Shown here in pieces: positions 1 to 30,166 of a DNA stretch of 64,000 nt. Origin of the DNA: Strigamia acuminata (lineage: Eukaryota). The stretch covers positions 23,126,001 through 23,190,000 of the forward strand of contig OX442314.1 of the NCBI GenBank assembly GCA_949358305.1, given 5' to 3'. The translations under genes were made by a program, and so were the position numbers. Every line of letters starts with the position of its first letter. Within the stretch, counting starts at the first letter, position 1. The notes under the pieces were generated by a model. The model was not told where the DNA came from and ran no database searches. It saw only the letters and a list, made by a program, of their open reading frames with translations.

Positions 1-1185
1 GTTTGGAACGTTGGCCGTTCCAATGTGTTGTGCTGTGCCGAGTGGACAAGCTCTAGTTGCCGACTTTGGAGTTTTAAGCCGTTAGTTATCCGTGAGTAGC
101 GGTAATTTGGCGGCGTTTGAATTTTTGCTGATGTTGCGACGTGAGTGTGACGTATTTGCGATTATTCTTTGAGGCGCCGTGTGACTCGACTGGAGTTCTA
201 GTTTGCTGCGACTACCCATCGTGTGTGTGTGGTCAAGTAGTTCACACATAGCTGACTCTGGCTGGGTCGGTTGTGGGACGTTTTCTTGCGAGTAGCAAGG
301 AGCACAGTTGTTGTGTAGTCGACATTCGGGTGCTGTTTTGGTGCAAGGAGCATCGTCTGTAGTGTGCCCTGGTATGGTCTGCTGAGATAGCAAGACGAGC
401 TGTCTTTGGTCGTGGTTCTACTGTTGTGTCAAGAGACACTATGGTGCGACTTTCTTACTGTCGAGAAAACAGTAGTGACCACGTTGTTGCGTGGAAGACG
501 GGTCGTCGAGGATTTCGACTAATTTCCGAGTTGCCAAGGAAGTCGACAAGTGTGTGGATTCGTCAAGCGAGGCCGACGCCGACTTTGGTTTGTCGAACGA
601 CGTTGACGAGTGGTTTTGACTTGGTCAGCCAGCTGACTAGGCATGAGAGTAAAATTGATCAAGTGTCAGCAGTGGATGAGGCATTGGAGAAGCAGGATTT
701 GCAAAGAGTGAGCACGGATTCGAGTGTGCTGGTTGAAGCAGGTTCAGACACTGTAGTGTCGCTGGATCCAGTGGCAGAGATTGCATCACAAGATCCAAGT
801 GTTGCTCAAGGTCAAGCGGCAGTGGTGGTACAAGATCCAGTTGCAGATATCACCCTGGTTCAATGCAAGATCCTGGAACAGAGCTAGGAACACTCATTTT
901 CCCAAAGTCTGGAGGGTCTTGGGACCATTATGTTGCGATAATAATTAAAGTTCAAATGAAAAATCTTATTAGTCTATTAAGCAAACGTTGAATTGTGGGG
1001 TTATATTCTCTTCACAATATATTCTCTTCATAATATATGTAATAAAGAGGCTAAAATCTATAAGTTGGAATTGATCAGAACTGCTAAATGTGAATTTGAA
1101 TCTACACTCTGAAATTTGGTTTCATCTCATTACTTGAAAATTGTTTATTTGTTAAAGAGAAGTGTAATTCCAAGTTGGGGAGTGA

Positions 1186-1361
1186 TGTTGTGTTCTGACT
1201 TGCGTATTAGATGTAATAATTGTTATGGCAACAATAAATGTATGCATTGTTGCCTCGGTTGGGTTAGCAACTGAGGTGGAATAAAAAGTTCAGTTGTTGT
1301 GAAAATGTGTAAATGAGTAGTTCATTTTCTGGGCCTCTCCTAGATGGTCAGGCCTAGGACA
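1186..1361 (+). mobile_element. Probable 3' LTR of an LTR retrotransposon; positions 1-1185 are probably degraded internal sequence
   Basis: A purine-rich PPT-like tract (aagttggggagtga, 1172-1185) directly precedes TGT and the segment ends in ACA at 1361, with AATAAA inside. Upstream sequence is GC-richer with repetitive open frames. The 5' LTR is not in the window. Confidence 0.4.
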
Positions 1362-1839
1362 TACTTAGTATTTTAGAACAATGAGATATACTAAAAAATA
1401 GTTACACCGTATTTGGACTGCAAATTAGTTCGTGAATTCGATTAAATCGATAGTACGAGAAATCAATTCCAACTTGGCCGAGCAAAGTGCATCAAAAGTG
1501 GCCGGCGTGCAGCCCATTTCCATACGCTCTCCCTCCCTCAGACATTTTGTCCGACCAGCTGTATGGACCAGACATTCCTTAGTCTGGACAAATTTCTGGG
1601 ACCAGTCCTATGTCTGGGTTACACTAGAGTACACTGTATCTACAAATTTGCAAATTTGTTCATGGAACTTACGTTTGGTGGTCAGAAATGACAAAACCAC
1701 AGAACAAGGAGTAGAATTCAACCGGCTAACTTGAGCAACAAAAAGTTATTATTTCTAGTTTATTTCACGCAAACTCGTATAATTTCTAAACATTGATTTC
1801 TCCATTATTACATCACAGCTTTGAGTTTAATGAAATTTA

Positions 1840-2135
1840 ATAAAAAGTTGTGTTAGATTAATTTCCAATTTCTAAGCAGAATTGATTCCTTCTTTAGTTT
1901 TTGTATTTATTTTTTAATTCAATTTATTAAAAATTTATGTTAGATTAATTTCTAGTTTCTAAGCGAAATTGATTCCGCCTTTACTATTTGTATTTATATC
2001 GTACAGTAATTCAATTTATTAAAAATTTATTTGCTAGATCAAGTTTTACTTTGTAAGCAGAATTGATCATTTCTTTAAGCTTCGTATTTATTTCTTTAAG
2101 CTTCGTGTTTATTTCTTTAAGCTTTGTATTTATTT
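1840..2135. repeat. Degenerate tandem repeat (~87-94 bp x3) followed by a ~21-bp repeat x3
   Basis: tgttagattaatttc...ctaagc.gaattgat recurs at 1851, 1938 and 2032; tttatttctttaagctt recurs between 2070 and 2135. Confidence 0.7.
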
Positions 2136-2610
2136 CTTAGTTACACTTCTTTAAAAACTATTTGTTGTACTCTAGTTGCAGTCAAAAAGGCACTTTACAA
2201 GATGTCGTCCCATTGGTCGAGTTGCAAAACAGTGATGCAACAATGTCACATGAATTTAACATGTTTCATTGAATTCCTCACATGTCATTCATTTACTTAA
2301 ATTCATAATCAAAAGTTTTTTTGAATTGACATGATTGTGAAATAATTCAGCTGGTAGGTGTTCTAGATTGCATTCAAATAGTTGTGTAATAAACTAAATC
2401 TTTGTTTATAAAATCGGATTTAAATTTACAATTACATTTACAAAACCCTTGAAACGGTTTGTTCGAATACATCCACAAAAACTCATTTATAATATGAAAC
2501 TATCACCTTCAACGTGGACACGGGCTCATGAGCCTAGGGGGCTCTGGAGAATGAAAAGCAACCTTTTTTATTTTTAAAATATAAAAATCCTAGCTATGGC
2601 TCTACTAAAA

Positions 2611-2690
2611 GGGCCCATCAACCCAACTTACACATGGGCCCATCGACCCAACTAGCATGTGGGCCCATCAACTCAACTTGTACATGGTCC
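2611..2690. repeat. 25-bp tandem repeat x3, probably MITE-associated
   Basis: gggcccatc(a/g)ac(c/t)caact at 2611, 2636 and 2661. Confidence 0.75.
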
Positions 2691-3113
2691 TCTGCTCTGA
2701 CTCTCGAAGTCAAACAGAATAAAAAAAATCAAATTAACAAGCATTCCATTGGGAAACATGACGAAAATGGCGACAAAATGACCAGACCCCAATTTCTGCA
2801 ACTGATAAACATACAATGCTTTCGTTTGGATGACTCTTGTTCATATTATGTGAAAAAATAAAATTAGACTGTTCACACTAAACAAAAACATTTTTTTTAA
2901 ATAGGTCTACATATTTTCAAAAAATAAAAAAATAAAGACTTATCACAACTTTTCAGTAAATTTAAATTTTAAATTAAATACGGTACATTCATTTTACAAT
3001 TACCGTGATTAGATTCATATTTATTGCTTTTTCGAGCTCTTCTTCCACTGTGTAAAAAATGACGAATCAAGAATCCACAAACTTGTTATTTAACCACTTT
3101 TCTGGTTTTTATT

Positions 3114-4139
3114 TCACGAATTTGGCGAGTCGTCATCACTGTCAAATTCAACACCATCTTCTTTAACCCACGTGCCATCATCGTTCTTAATCCAGCCTTT
3201 TCTACAATTTAATTAAGCAAAAACACATTTTAAAAAAAATATTTTTAAATTACAAGAATTGTAAATACTTTACAACTTACTCTCTAAGACTTAACCCAAA
3301 TTCAATTTCCGGCCTCTTTTCAATATTTGATTGACATTTCTTTTCTTTCTTGCTAAATAATATCGTTTCACTACAAGATAAACTCGATGTCAACTTCATT
3401 CCGCTTCGGGATTTCTCCACAAAAGATGCAAAATCCGTCTTCTTTTGTATCGATGATACATAACGATTAATGATTGATTTAGTGGGAATTGTAGGCTGAC
3501 TGACGAGAACGGGTGCAACTGCTTTTTCTTTCACAATAATAGTTTGTTTCCTACTGTACGGCGATGGTTTTGCTCTCTTAAGCGCCTTTGTACACGATTT
3601 GTAAACGGAACTCACCTAAATCAAAAAGAAATTTAAAAAAAAATTACAAATTAAAAAAAAATCTATGGTAATTACTGGTTGTGTTTCTGGTTCTGGTTCT
3701 GATTGTAATCTCCTGTCGTTTTCAATTGCCAATCGTTCTGTCAAGCCTATAATAGACAAAATTAATTAAATGTTCAAAATTTTATAAAAATAAAATGAAT
3801 TTATTACTGCGTAAATGTTTTTTGCCCTTCCGGTGAATAGCCAAGACATTAATCGTATCAAAAATAGGTCTATGACGGCAAACCGAACATGAATACCTAA
3901 AATAAATCATATGTCGTGTCCTGTTAATTTTCTTAGTGTTTACCTGCCACTTTACCGGCCATTTTTAAGAAGAATTGCTTCGTCATCCGGAATGTGTAAA
4001 GTGAGCAATTCATCAACTCGGTGTTTCTGTACAACAGATTATTTCATCGATCAATAAAATATATTTTTAAAAAGAACGCAACAAATACCCTTAAATTATG
4101 TAATAAAGCTGTATCATCGCCATCACGTTTGAAGGACAT
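3114..4139 (-). CDS. SCNM1: Sodium channel modifier 1 (minor-spliceosome zinc-finger protein), about 6 exons
   Basis: Spliced translation MSFKRDGDDTALLHNLR|KHRVDELLTLHIPDDEAILLKNGR|YSCSVCRHRPIFDTINVLAIHRKGKKH...GWIKNDDGTWVKEDGVEFDSDDDSPNS* matches the SCNM1 N-terminus, C2H2 finger and acidic C-terminal motif. Introns are GT-AG. Confidence 0.93.
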
Positions 4140-7100
4140 CTTTAATTTTAAACCGCATCAAAACCTAGTGGCGTCTAGTGAGAGTACTTGCAAGTCCTTA
4201 CGGGAATTTATTAGAAGTGACACCAAATCGTGCCAAATAAATCGGTGAAATCATTTTTAAAAAAATTTATTTTATACATTTAAATTGTTTCAATAATTCC
4301 ATTTAAAAAAAATCGAACAAACAAAATGGTTATTTTCATCTCTAAACGCTTTTCATTGCAAAATAACCAGGAAAAAAGGTAATTTAACCCGTGACGAAAC
4401 CATTTAAAAGAAAAACCTTTTTAAATTCCTTTTTAAACAAATTCCATATCAAATCGCACACTAAAAACATATTTAGTCATAACATTTGACGATGACTCAC
4501 AAATTTGTTATGTGCTGTCATTTTTCTACCTTGAAATGGATTTGTTGTGCTGCACAAAAGGAAATAAAAACAAACCCAAGTGATGAAACTCGAGCAGAAA
4601 CGAAACAAACACGAGCTCGCAGCCCACCAAAGTAATTAGTCAGTGCCACCATTTTACAAAATATAGGTTTTGAGGCTGGCGCCGAAATGTCCAGATTAGT
4701 CATGCCTTAATTGCTGTTGATGGCGATTCAATTGATACGAAATTTCCAGTGCAGTATAATTATTCAGTGCGAGTGATGCTGCTTATTATCAAATTTCTTA
4801 TCGCGAATTATTCATTTAAAAACAACAAAAAATACTTTGAATTAACACAAATTGTAAGATATGACAGAGATGCCCTTTAAGATGCTGCAGTTGCCTAGGC
4901 AACGGTCTCACGCGTGTCGTTGAACCCCTACAAAACCTCATACCATAAGCTCTTCAGATTCCTCCAAAATGCTAACTGCGAATCAACTTATTAGCAGAAA
5001 TGTAGAAAAGTGAACATCCTCATACAATCGCCATTACGGTCCCCTTTAATTCCATTTTTGCCAATATCTAGGAAACGGTTGGCGGTAATCAACTTCCAAT
5101 GCCAGATACAGCCTCGACGAGGTCTTTTCCGTCTGTTTCTTCGTTTTCTAGCCAATTGGGACTTATTTTTCATTAAAATTTAATAAAATTCACACAATTT
5201 TATAAAGCAAACTTTAAAAATATACCAAAAAAATGCAGAAAACAGTAAACGGATGAATCAATAATCAAAATTGTATGTAAAAATCAAAATGATCGTTTTG
5301 CGTTGAAATAAAACCTGATTGTTTACATTCTCCCACCATTTTATTTTATTTTATTTATTATTACAGTCCCTGTTGGTATTCGAGTGTTACCTACCTTTCC
5401 ACCCCAACCACTTGAACAGTTGGTTGATTCCATGAGCGTTGTACGGCAGCCGCGACTAGCTCTGCTCCTTATTTGGTGTGAGGCAATCTCCTGAGCCCAG
5501 TCACAGTCGACCTTCTGCGGCCACCGATCTCAGACTGCTGTCTCCTTAAAGGAATTTCACCTGTTCGGCCTCACTAAGCTCAATTGTAAACAATTTCCAA
5601 GCGACTCATCTAACCCTGGTAAGCAACAATTCCATGCCTTCATTTACACCCAAAAACCCACAGGTTCATGCACAGGTGAATGTGTGTGTGTGTTATCTGT
5701 TTCTGTTTCTGTATCAAAACGTTTTGTTTATCACATTTTTACAATTTACAACGCGAGATATTCAGGTGGAGATTTTTTAATATTTACTTCTGGTATGTTT
5801 GGAAGGTTAGTTCAGCTTAAAACACCACGAACAAAGTTCCGAGCGATTATTTTCAGAATAAAACCAGTTTTATAACACTGGAGTAAATAGCAATTCAAAA
5901 ATTCTCTTATCAAAATCATTTGTAAAGATAAAAATAAAAATAGAAATAATTTAATATACAGCTTTAAAAAAAATGTAATTTATCGATTCGAATGATAAAA
6001 TTAGGAAATTCCAAGGTGTTTTTCGTCCTTGTGGGAGATTTGATGGTACAAAACAGCGAATTTTCGTGCATTGTGTGATGCGACAGGTGGTAAGCCTAAT
6101 TGCAAGTATCCGGCTGGAGTCTACCTTTCCATGAAAAGCCCAATAATGAATGGAATTGTGGGAAAGATAAGAGGTTAATCCTTTAGCTTTCTTTTCCCAA
6201 GTCGTTTTATGCCTTTAAAAAATTAAAAAAAAATTAAAAAATTACCAACAACAAAAACATTAAAATAATATTAAACTAATTGGGTCTAATTTAAATACCT
6301 ATTCCTCGTAGTTATCAACACTTTTCTCATCAAAGTGTCAACAAATCTTTTTGCGTCAGGTTTATTTTTACGGCGCTCTCGCACTCTGCCAAAAAGTTAT
6401 TTTCGAAGCGGCTTAGCCTTACCATTTATTTGCTGTCAGAATTTGCTCCTTTTTTTGCATTTTTCCAGTTTCATGTCGTATGATTTTTCATCTCGGTGTT
6501 TAGTCGAGGTCTATTTTTCATTTATTTTTGTGTGCCAATGGCCTTTTTCCAATTTCTCCTTGAACCGAGAACTTGCTCTTGAGATATTCTGTTCACGAAA
6601 CAGATGGGCAGTCAGCCGGACACATCCTGTGCCTGTTTGGTCATTCCTTTTTGCACACATGCTTAATTTTTTCTATTAAATTGTTTTTTTGTTTTTGTTT
6701 ATAGTTTTTCTTCCTTAAAAAAAAAAACACAAAAAAAAAAATAAATAAATAAAAAAAAACAGTCGGAAAAAAAAATACAAAAATATTTCATGTGACCACT
6801 TGAAACTCTTGGCACACATCATCGGAGACTCCTCGACGAATGTTTATGTATAATTTACTTAAAACGAACACAAAACCTTATATTGTTTCATCATTTCGAG
6901 ATCTAGGTCGCGATTTTTTATTAAACAGACCTAAATTTCATTTTTCATTTTGCAAAAAAAATTAATAAATTAATAAATAAATAAATAATAACAACTACTT
7001 ATTACTAATTAACAAAATGGCTCACCAGTACTTGATGTTTGAAAACGGCAATAAAACTGATCTAATGTTTCCGTTTTACACTCTCTTTTGTACCTCCCAC

Positions 7101-8937
7101 TCTTTAATCACAATTTGCCATCAAAATTCCAACATTCAACGCATTATTTCCACTCATAATGATTGATTAAATAAATAAAAAAAAATCCACCTTGATTCTT
7201 TAAAATCTCAATCACTAAACAAAGCAAGCAGAACCACTTCCGATCTTTTATCTCCAGCAACATTAAATAAATTGGGAGCTTGGGACCCCCTACTGGCCAA
7301 TTTGCTCCCTTAATTCATTAATTTTCCAACCATTTTTTCTAAATAATACAAAACCAATTTAGAAAAACCTTTTTTGATTAATTATTTACAAGTATTTATT
7401 TTTTTTTTATTATAAAATTTCGACATGTGCGATTGCATGAAACAGCGGCCTTCTTTTCTCGAAATAACTCAATTGAGTATCATTAGTTCTCATCATCTAT
7501 CTCTCCGCTTCACACATCACACACTTTTCCTTTCAGTTCCAAGGTTTTTGCCTTTCCAACTTGTCATTCTGCAACATTAACAATTTATCCACTTTTAACA
7601 CCAGACAGACTCATCTGTGTCATAACCTTGGGAACAAGACAGAAAGTGGGTCGAGCGCTTTATTTCTTCTCCTCTTCACCTTTTCGTTCACCCCTCCTCA
7701 TTCTATTTCCTTCATCATTTAGGCTTATTTTTTTCGGTGCCATCACATAACACCATGAAATCCCGTCTCGGAACGAAAGACATTCCAAGATGGTGGAAAC
7801 CTTGAGCTAAAGACCATTGATAAAATGACGTCATTTTCTTAGGGTGAGGCTGGCTCGGCTCGGGCTTATCCGTGTCACGACTGCCAAGAGAGATCTCGAA
7901 TAGAGAAAGATAAATTCTTCGGATTGTTGACATTCTTCAACAATGTTTTGAAAGGAAAGAAATTGTTCGGTCAGTCTAGTCTATTCGAGTCTGGTCCGTG
8001 CTATAGTGCAAAAATGGATTCATCTAACGACTGAACCGCTTCCCATCAGATTACATTATTCTTTTTAATTCTTTCAAATTACATTTTTAACTCTAATTAA
8101 CTCGAGCTCTTCTCAAGTTAAATGTCAACCAATGAAATCGTGGGAGAATGTGGGCAGAGAAGAATGTCTTAAAAATAAAAAGACGCTTTTAGATTGCCAT
8201 TGAAAGAGCACGGAATATGAGAGGAATTACACAGCTTCTAGAAAGTGCCAGTGAACTCCGCCTGGCAAACCCATTTCCGGTTTTCTTTCCGCCATACCAT
8301 AACGAACTAATAATGTACGGAGTAATAGATAATTTCAATAAATAAATAAATAATTAACTAAAGAGGTAATTTCATCCCCGATGTCGAAACTCAATTCAAA
8401 CCACAACATGAACTAATTTCTAAATTGAAAACAGCCAGGTATCAACTATCAAAACATCAAACCATGACCCAACAACTCACGTGATTTTATGTCTATTTTT
8501 ATCTTTTATTTTCCTTGGCATTCTGCCCTGAAATTAGTTAAAAGGGTTCAAAAATTAAACAGCTGTTAGGTTCATACAACGTGCCAACGAAAACGAGGTT
8601 ATTGGGTTCGGCGAGGAGTTTAATCAAACTTAAATTAAACATCACCTCTTTCCCGTGTGGAAATTTCAAATTTATGGTTATTTTTTTAGATTTTACCTTC
8701 GAAAATAAACGTGGAAGTGTACTATATAAATTAAAACTGTAGAATCCTGTATCGATTCCAGTCTACTTGTGAGCACAAACGTATCAACTTCCGCTTCAAA
8801 CCTGCCCTAACCTGGGCATAATAACGCAATCACCAATTCACAACTATACTGGAATTGATATTTTATTGTTAGCGCTCAAAAATTTAACCGCAACTAATAA
8901 CCGTTTCTTTTCTCTCTCTTTCAGAACATTGTTTGCG

Positions 8938-24266
<15,329 letters not shown>

Positions 24267-27200
24267 TAAAAATAAAACTCGAATTTCCAAATTAAAATTG
24301 TAACTAATAGTTTTTTGAAACTGTTTATGTGAATTTGTACATTTTTGAATTCCATTGCCCCTCTCTTTTTGTGTTTGTATAATCATATTTTGATAATGTT
24401 GCATTGTTTTTAAAAAAAAAAATATTTTTTGATTATGTAGTGTTGACTAAAATAATAGTGTACGATTTTAAGAAGTGTCGGCACAATGTCCGCTTTTTTT
24501 TTTTGTTGATTTCTTTTCGTGTTTAATTTGCCGTGTTTTAAAAGATCATTCCACTTTTGATACGAATTTTCAGCAGAGATAATTTAATACAAAATTCTTT
24601 CAACACTTTTTTTATTGTATAAAAATTTTTGTAGCAAGTTTACAACCAAAAACAAACAAATCTTTGTATACGTGTGGAGTTCCATGCAATTTTGTTACAT
24701 TTTTTTGCCTATCAAACTACTTATGCATAAACCTGTGATTATTTTTTAGCCAAAGGTAACGAAATACTTACGAATATCATTTTAAAAATTCCAAATATGT
24801 ATCGCAAAATGGTGTTTGACGAATAAAAGTTGTCTACATTAGAATAGAAATGTTTTATATAAATATCTGCTCGCCTTCTCTCGTGCAAAGTCAAGTTGCG
24901 CGGATTAGTGATCGCTTCCAGATGCAAAAGACAAGACACTGAATTTGACAATAAAGGATCATTGAGTCCTTGTGTTCTGGGCTCTGTGAGACTGCGAAAT
25001 GATAAGAGACTGATGCTGGAATTAAATTACGTGTGCTGTACTGTTATAATTATAAATGACTTATAGTATTGTCCAATTTAGATCTTTTAGGCAATAAAAC
25101 GTCTTTTTTTACTTTCAGTTCTTTTGTAGTGGCAGAAATAAAGTAAAAACAATAAATAAGAAGAGCCGTAAATGACAAAAACGTGCAACCAATTTAGAAA
25201 CTAGAGACAACCAACAAGAAACAGTGGTATTGACCTAATATAAACAATTTTCACTAATAAAGATGAAATTACAATCATGAAGGAAAAAATCAATTTTTTA
25301 CAGACAAAAAACCAATTTCTTGACTGTAAAATGATTAAATGAAGCTGCCACTCCACACTCGTTGTGTATTAGTGTCCTCTTGTGTGAAACCTCATAAACA
25401 TGTTTTCATTCAGCAGGCAGCAGCCCGCAGCAGCATGTGTTAATAAACCATACAGCCAACACAACAACAAATACAAAAGGTTTACAAAAATCAAAGAAAA
25501 AACAACAAAGAAAACCGAATTCCATTAAATTCACAAAATATTTCGAATTTTACAATTTAAAAATAAATTACAAAGTGGCAACTGTGCCGCAACGTAGAAC
25601 TACGTGGGAAAAGGGTTGTTTATTGTTTCTCTATTGTTATTTCGACTGGTTAGCGGACCGGTTAGCGGACTACTCCTGTCGGCTCAAACCACGGGAGGGG
25701 TTTGTTGATTTTTCTCTATTTTTCTCCCCGTCTCTGTGTTTTTTCATTGTTGTTTTGGTTGCGACTGGTCCCCGTGAGATGGTGCTGCGATCGCCAATTG
25801 TTTTGATTTCCATCCATTGTTGTCTCGCTGTCTTTTTGGCCAAGTGTGGAAAAAGACTAATTATTTTATTTCTACGTTCCCCGTCAAAATAAAATGTCAA
25901 AAATCACATTTCCATGCACTTGTAGCAACTAAAGTTAAACGTCAAGGAGAAAACCGAGTAAAATCATTTTATTATTAAATCCCCAACCACTTACTCCACA
26001 AACAGCAATTTCTTTTAATAGTTTTAATGCAATTACGAAATTCTATTCAAGCTGTGCCGTGCGTAGGCCTATCGACAAGAAATATTGAAAAAGCATTGTT
26101 TCGGTCTAAAAGTGTGTTCACGCTTCTTCCTTATTTCCTTTATCGAAATCTTTATCAAATCCCACCACATTCACATGATTCGCAATTCCTTTTCACTTCT
26201 TCCGTGTTTACACCAACTTCCGCATCGCAATAATCGTTCAGCCAATCTTCCAACTCTTTATAATTTCATTATCAACTCCAATTGTTTTCCCCATCCATTT
26301 ATTGCTCAAATTTCTTTACAACCACTTTTTCCATCCAACATCAATATAACCTCGTGACCTTACTCTGTCCAAGTCCTAATGACAGCGAGACAGTTGTAAA
26401 TCCTTATCACCTCATTCTGATATCTTCCTGCACTAATAGTTACTTCCGGTACTCAATGAAGGTGCGACTTGTTTGTTTAGCCACTAGACAAAATTCCTCA
26501 CCCATTTTTTTGCGAAATTTCAAACAACTCGCATTATGCAAGCACGTTTGGACGTTTTCAATTCAATTCAATTACCACAGTTGTACGCTTTAATAAAGCA
26601 ATGACTAATTAAAAAACAAACCGCACGTCTCATATGACAGCGTTAAAAAGCAATTAGAAGTTGCGGCAACATTAGACAAATCTTGCAAAACCATGTTTTC
26701 GTTATGTAGAATAACTTATACATTACTTTTTAAAACTTAAAGCACACTTAGCATCTTGTCTGGTGATAATCTTTAAATAAAAACCAGCTTTAACTTGAGA
26801 ATTGGGGCGGTATATCCGATCCCAACGCAATCTGCTGACCACTGAGCTACACTGCACACCTTTAACTTTCCTTCGTGATTAATAGGAAACATTCTTGCCA
26901 AGATTCCCAATTCTGACGTTAAAGCCGACAAAAATTCTTGCGTTTGCAGACAAACAGTTAAAATTAAAGCAACTTCCGAGAGGAATTAAGTAAATCATGA
27001 AAAATCTCCAATCTACGTTTCAATTTCAGCTGTGCGCTCTATTAATCCATTTATTCGTGCGCAAAAAAGTAACATAGAAAAATGAAAATAACTACAATTA
27101 ATTTTCTATTTCTGCAGGAACATTAAGCACCGACCTATAGGACCTTTTGGAAAAGTCATTCATCTCGCAGACAGATAATTGTGAACTATTCAAAAGTTGT

Positions 27201-27450
27201 TTTTCATTAATCACGAGTTTATCCCTGTGGCCTGAAAAATGATGGGTGCAAATGCACACGTGGCTGATTGACAGGGCCCTCTTTAGTAAAAATCAAAGTG
27301 CGGAGGTTGGAAGATGGACGGCGATCTGTAATTAGCAATGCGCAATGGCCGGGGCCCTAAAAGTTGCTCAACTTTGCATTGAAATGAGCTAAGCAGTAGC
27401 AATTTCATCTAGTGTAATTACCAAGATTTGTAGAAACTCGAGATCCTCTG

Positions 27451-27617
27451 ATTGGCTAATTAAGTCTGCGCGTTCATTCTCGCGTGTGACTGGTGACGTC
27501 ACACTGGCTCGTGCTGTGTCACTATAAAAACATCGCAACCCAGACGCGTTTCAACCAACAACGCGACTAACTTTGCCAATTCCAACAACCGCGAGTCACA
27601 CATCATCAATATTTGAG
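27451..27617 (+). promoter_or_regulatory. Distal TATA promoter and non-coding first exon, probably of the CHH/ITP gene
   Basis: ATTGG (reverse CCAAT) at 27451, CRE TGACGTCA at 27494, TATAAAA at 27523, splice donor ttgag|gtaaat at 27617. Confidence 0.55.
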
Positions 27618-30166
27618 GTAAATTATTCATTTCTCATTTTCTATCGTCAGAAAATCACTTTTCCAAAATTTACTTCATTTTTTCCCCATTTTTCTCAATT
27701 CTGCAACGATTTTTCTGAAATTTTTTCATTATTATCGCAATTTTTTATCTTTTTTTTTTCTTTTTGTAAAATTTGACAAGACTCTCCCTGGGGTTTTTCC
27801 ATTAACCCACCTCATGTCACATGTTGATAAAACGGAATGTCCTGTTTTTTTTTATTTTATTGTTTTTTTTTTTCAAAAATAAGTAAACGAATGAAAAATC
27901 AGATAAAAACATTTTCTAAAATTAATGAAAACGTGTTACAATTACAATCGCATCATTAATCAGCAAAGGAAACTCCAATTTCTCGTCAAATTGAACTTTT
28001 GCGGTCGCCATACCCAGTGATAATTACTATAGGAAGAGAGGCCCCTTTTTGATTTATGATGCACGCTAGCTTATCTGCAATACAGGTGCCCGTCTCCACT
28101 TGTTTACATTAATATAACATCTATTTTTCCCCTCTTCCCTCCAATTTATTATTATACACGCTCGAACCAATATTTTTTCCCTCCCTTTTTAAATTTCTTT
28201 TATCAATTTAATCATTTAATTTGCATTCAATTATTTCTCAAATTAGTTTTGTCGCTTTGTCATTCATTCCTAAAACCTATTACCACTAACCTTCCAAGAA
28301 AGCCAAACTTCTCCCCATTTTCCCTTAAATAATTTCAACTTCTTGGCACTGCGAAGAATGCAAAGGTTCTTTACCAACCCACGCAATCGTAACATAGCGT
28401 GAAGTCTGAAAACACATGCGTCGGACAGCAGCTTCTCAATGACGTCATGCAATGAAAAGTAAATAAGAATGAATGAGTTTGATTACAATTACACTAAGGC
28501 TCCAATACAAGCAAACACGTTTGTCCCGAGTAAATAAAACTCGATAATATCGATGCTAACTACATTTTGTGTCTGTTTGCATCAGGGTTGCCAAGCAACA
28601 CTTACAACAGTTAACGAGCCACAAGTTGGTTCTTTCATGAATGAAATGTTTTGCGGGTGTGTTCTTAACCGATTTAAACTGTCCTGCTGGGATAATGTCT
28701 CAACGACCCGAACGACTTAATTAGAAATCCAAAATGCTCGAATTTATTCTGCTAAATAACAACCAAAAATAGCACGACGATTGCCGACTCGTGCCATGCG
28801 GGAACAGATACGCACGAAACGGCATGAACCGACGAGCGATACTGCGTGAGTTTGTTACGCCAAATCCGGTATGTCGCCTCATTGGCAGTTAAAACTGTAA
28901 AAAGTTGGCGGTAATTATGCGACCCCGACCTGATCACGTCCCGCAGGTGAATTTCGTGCGTAATTCTAAACTAAAACTCCATAGAGCAAACTTTACGTCA
29001 CGATTGCATCATTTTTGAACGATTCTTGTAAATATCGTTACAATAGTATTGGTTTTTGGTTCGGGTCGGGGGTTTTTCCAACAATTCATAGGCGGTTGCA
29101 TTAGTCATAGTTTGGTTTTTACCTTTTCTTATTTTAGATTTGGAAATAAATAAATAAATAAATAATTGTGCAATGCCAAACTGATGATAAAACTCTCGCC
29201 TTATCAACTTTAAACCAAAATGTAAACAACAAAACTGTTGCGAGAGCGCGAGACAGAGAGGAAGTGGTCAAATTACCATATAAAAAATAGACGGTCACTA
29301 TTTGGTCACTACAAATAAAGTATAATCCATTTTAATCAGTTAACTTTTCTCATTTATTACAATTTCTTCATCTCGTGATGAGTCGGCGTTGTAATTACGT
29401 CCAAGAGGGGCCATGTGGTAGCAATTTCATTCCTCTGATTGACTCTACTCCCAACTGTTTTACTCACCATTTTAACTCTTGCTCCACCATATTTATTCTC
29501 ATTCTTATTTAAAAAAAAAAAATTTATTCCCCCTCCCCCTCAAAAAAAAAATTGAAAAAAAGTAAAAAAAAAAATTCTTATCTCTTAATGGGATACCTCA
29601 TAATAGCAACAGGTGTTTCCATGACTCACCTGGCATGAATTCACAACCCCACCTCGGGACCTTGAATCTTTTCTTTGTATCTAAATACAAAAAAAAGAAA
29701 AAAAAGCGCGCCAACTTTACAATTAATAAAAGAAAAAGAACCACAACGTGAGCGCCAATTTCCGCGTGCTTCATGATGCAATACTACACTCGAGTGACGC
29801 AACAATACGTCTAGTTGATTGACCCTCCATGTAACAAACATTCTGACCTCGATAAATCGACTCGTAGGGTTGGATGACATCCGCCAAACCCGCCACTCAA
29901 TCCCACCCCACCCCCTCACCCCCGCCCCGCGTGGTAATTCCTAGAAGCGCAATTTCGCGGCCCCGTCCAAACTAAACATTTCAAAAACTTTTCCGAATTT
30001 CCATCAACTGCGAACTTTCATCACCGGCCATCTGCTTGAACACAGACGCTCCGAAACCATTTTTAACGGAAATAAAGTGAGGAAATTCACTGATAACCAT
30101 TTTAAAGCTGACCGCTCCAAGAAAGCACCCACCCCGCCCTAGAATGGCGCGATTTCCACGTTTCAA

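Noticed and set aside
26785..26856. tRNA gene on the minus strand (tagctcagtgg A box)
   Set aside because: No intact B box or cloverleaf; probably a decayed SINE head.
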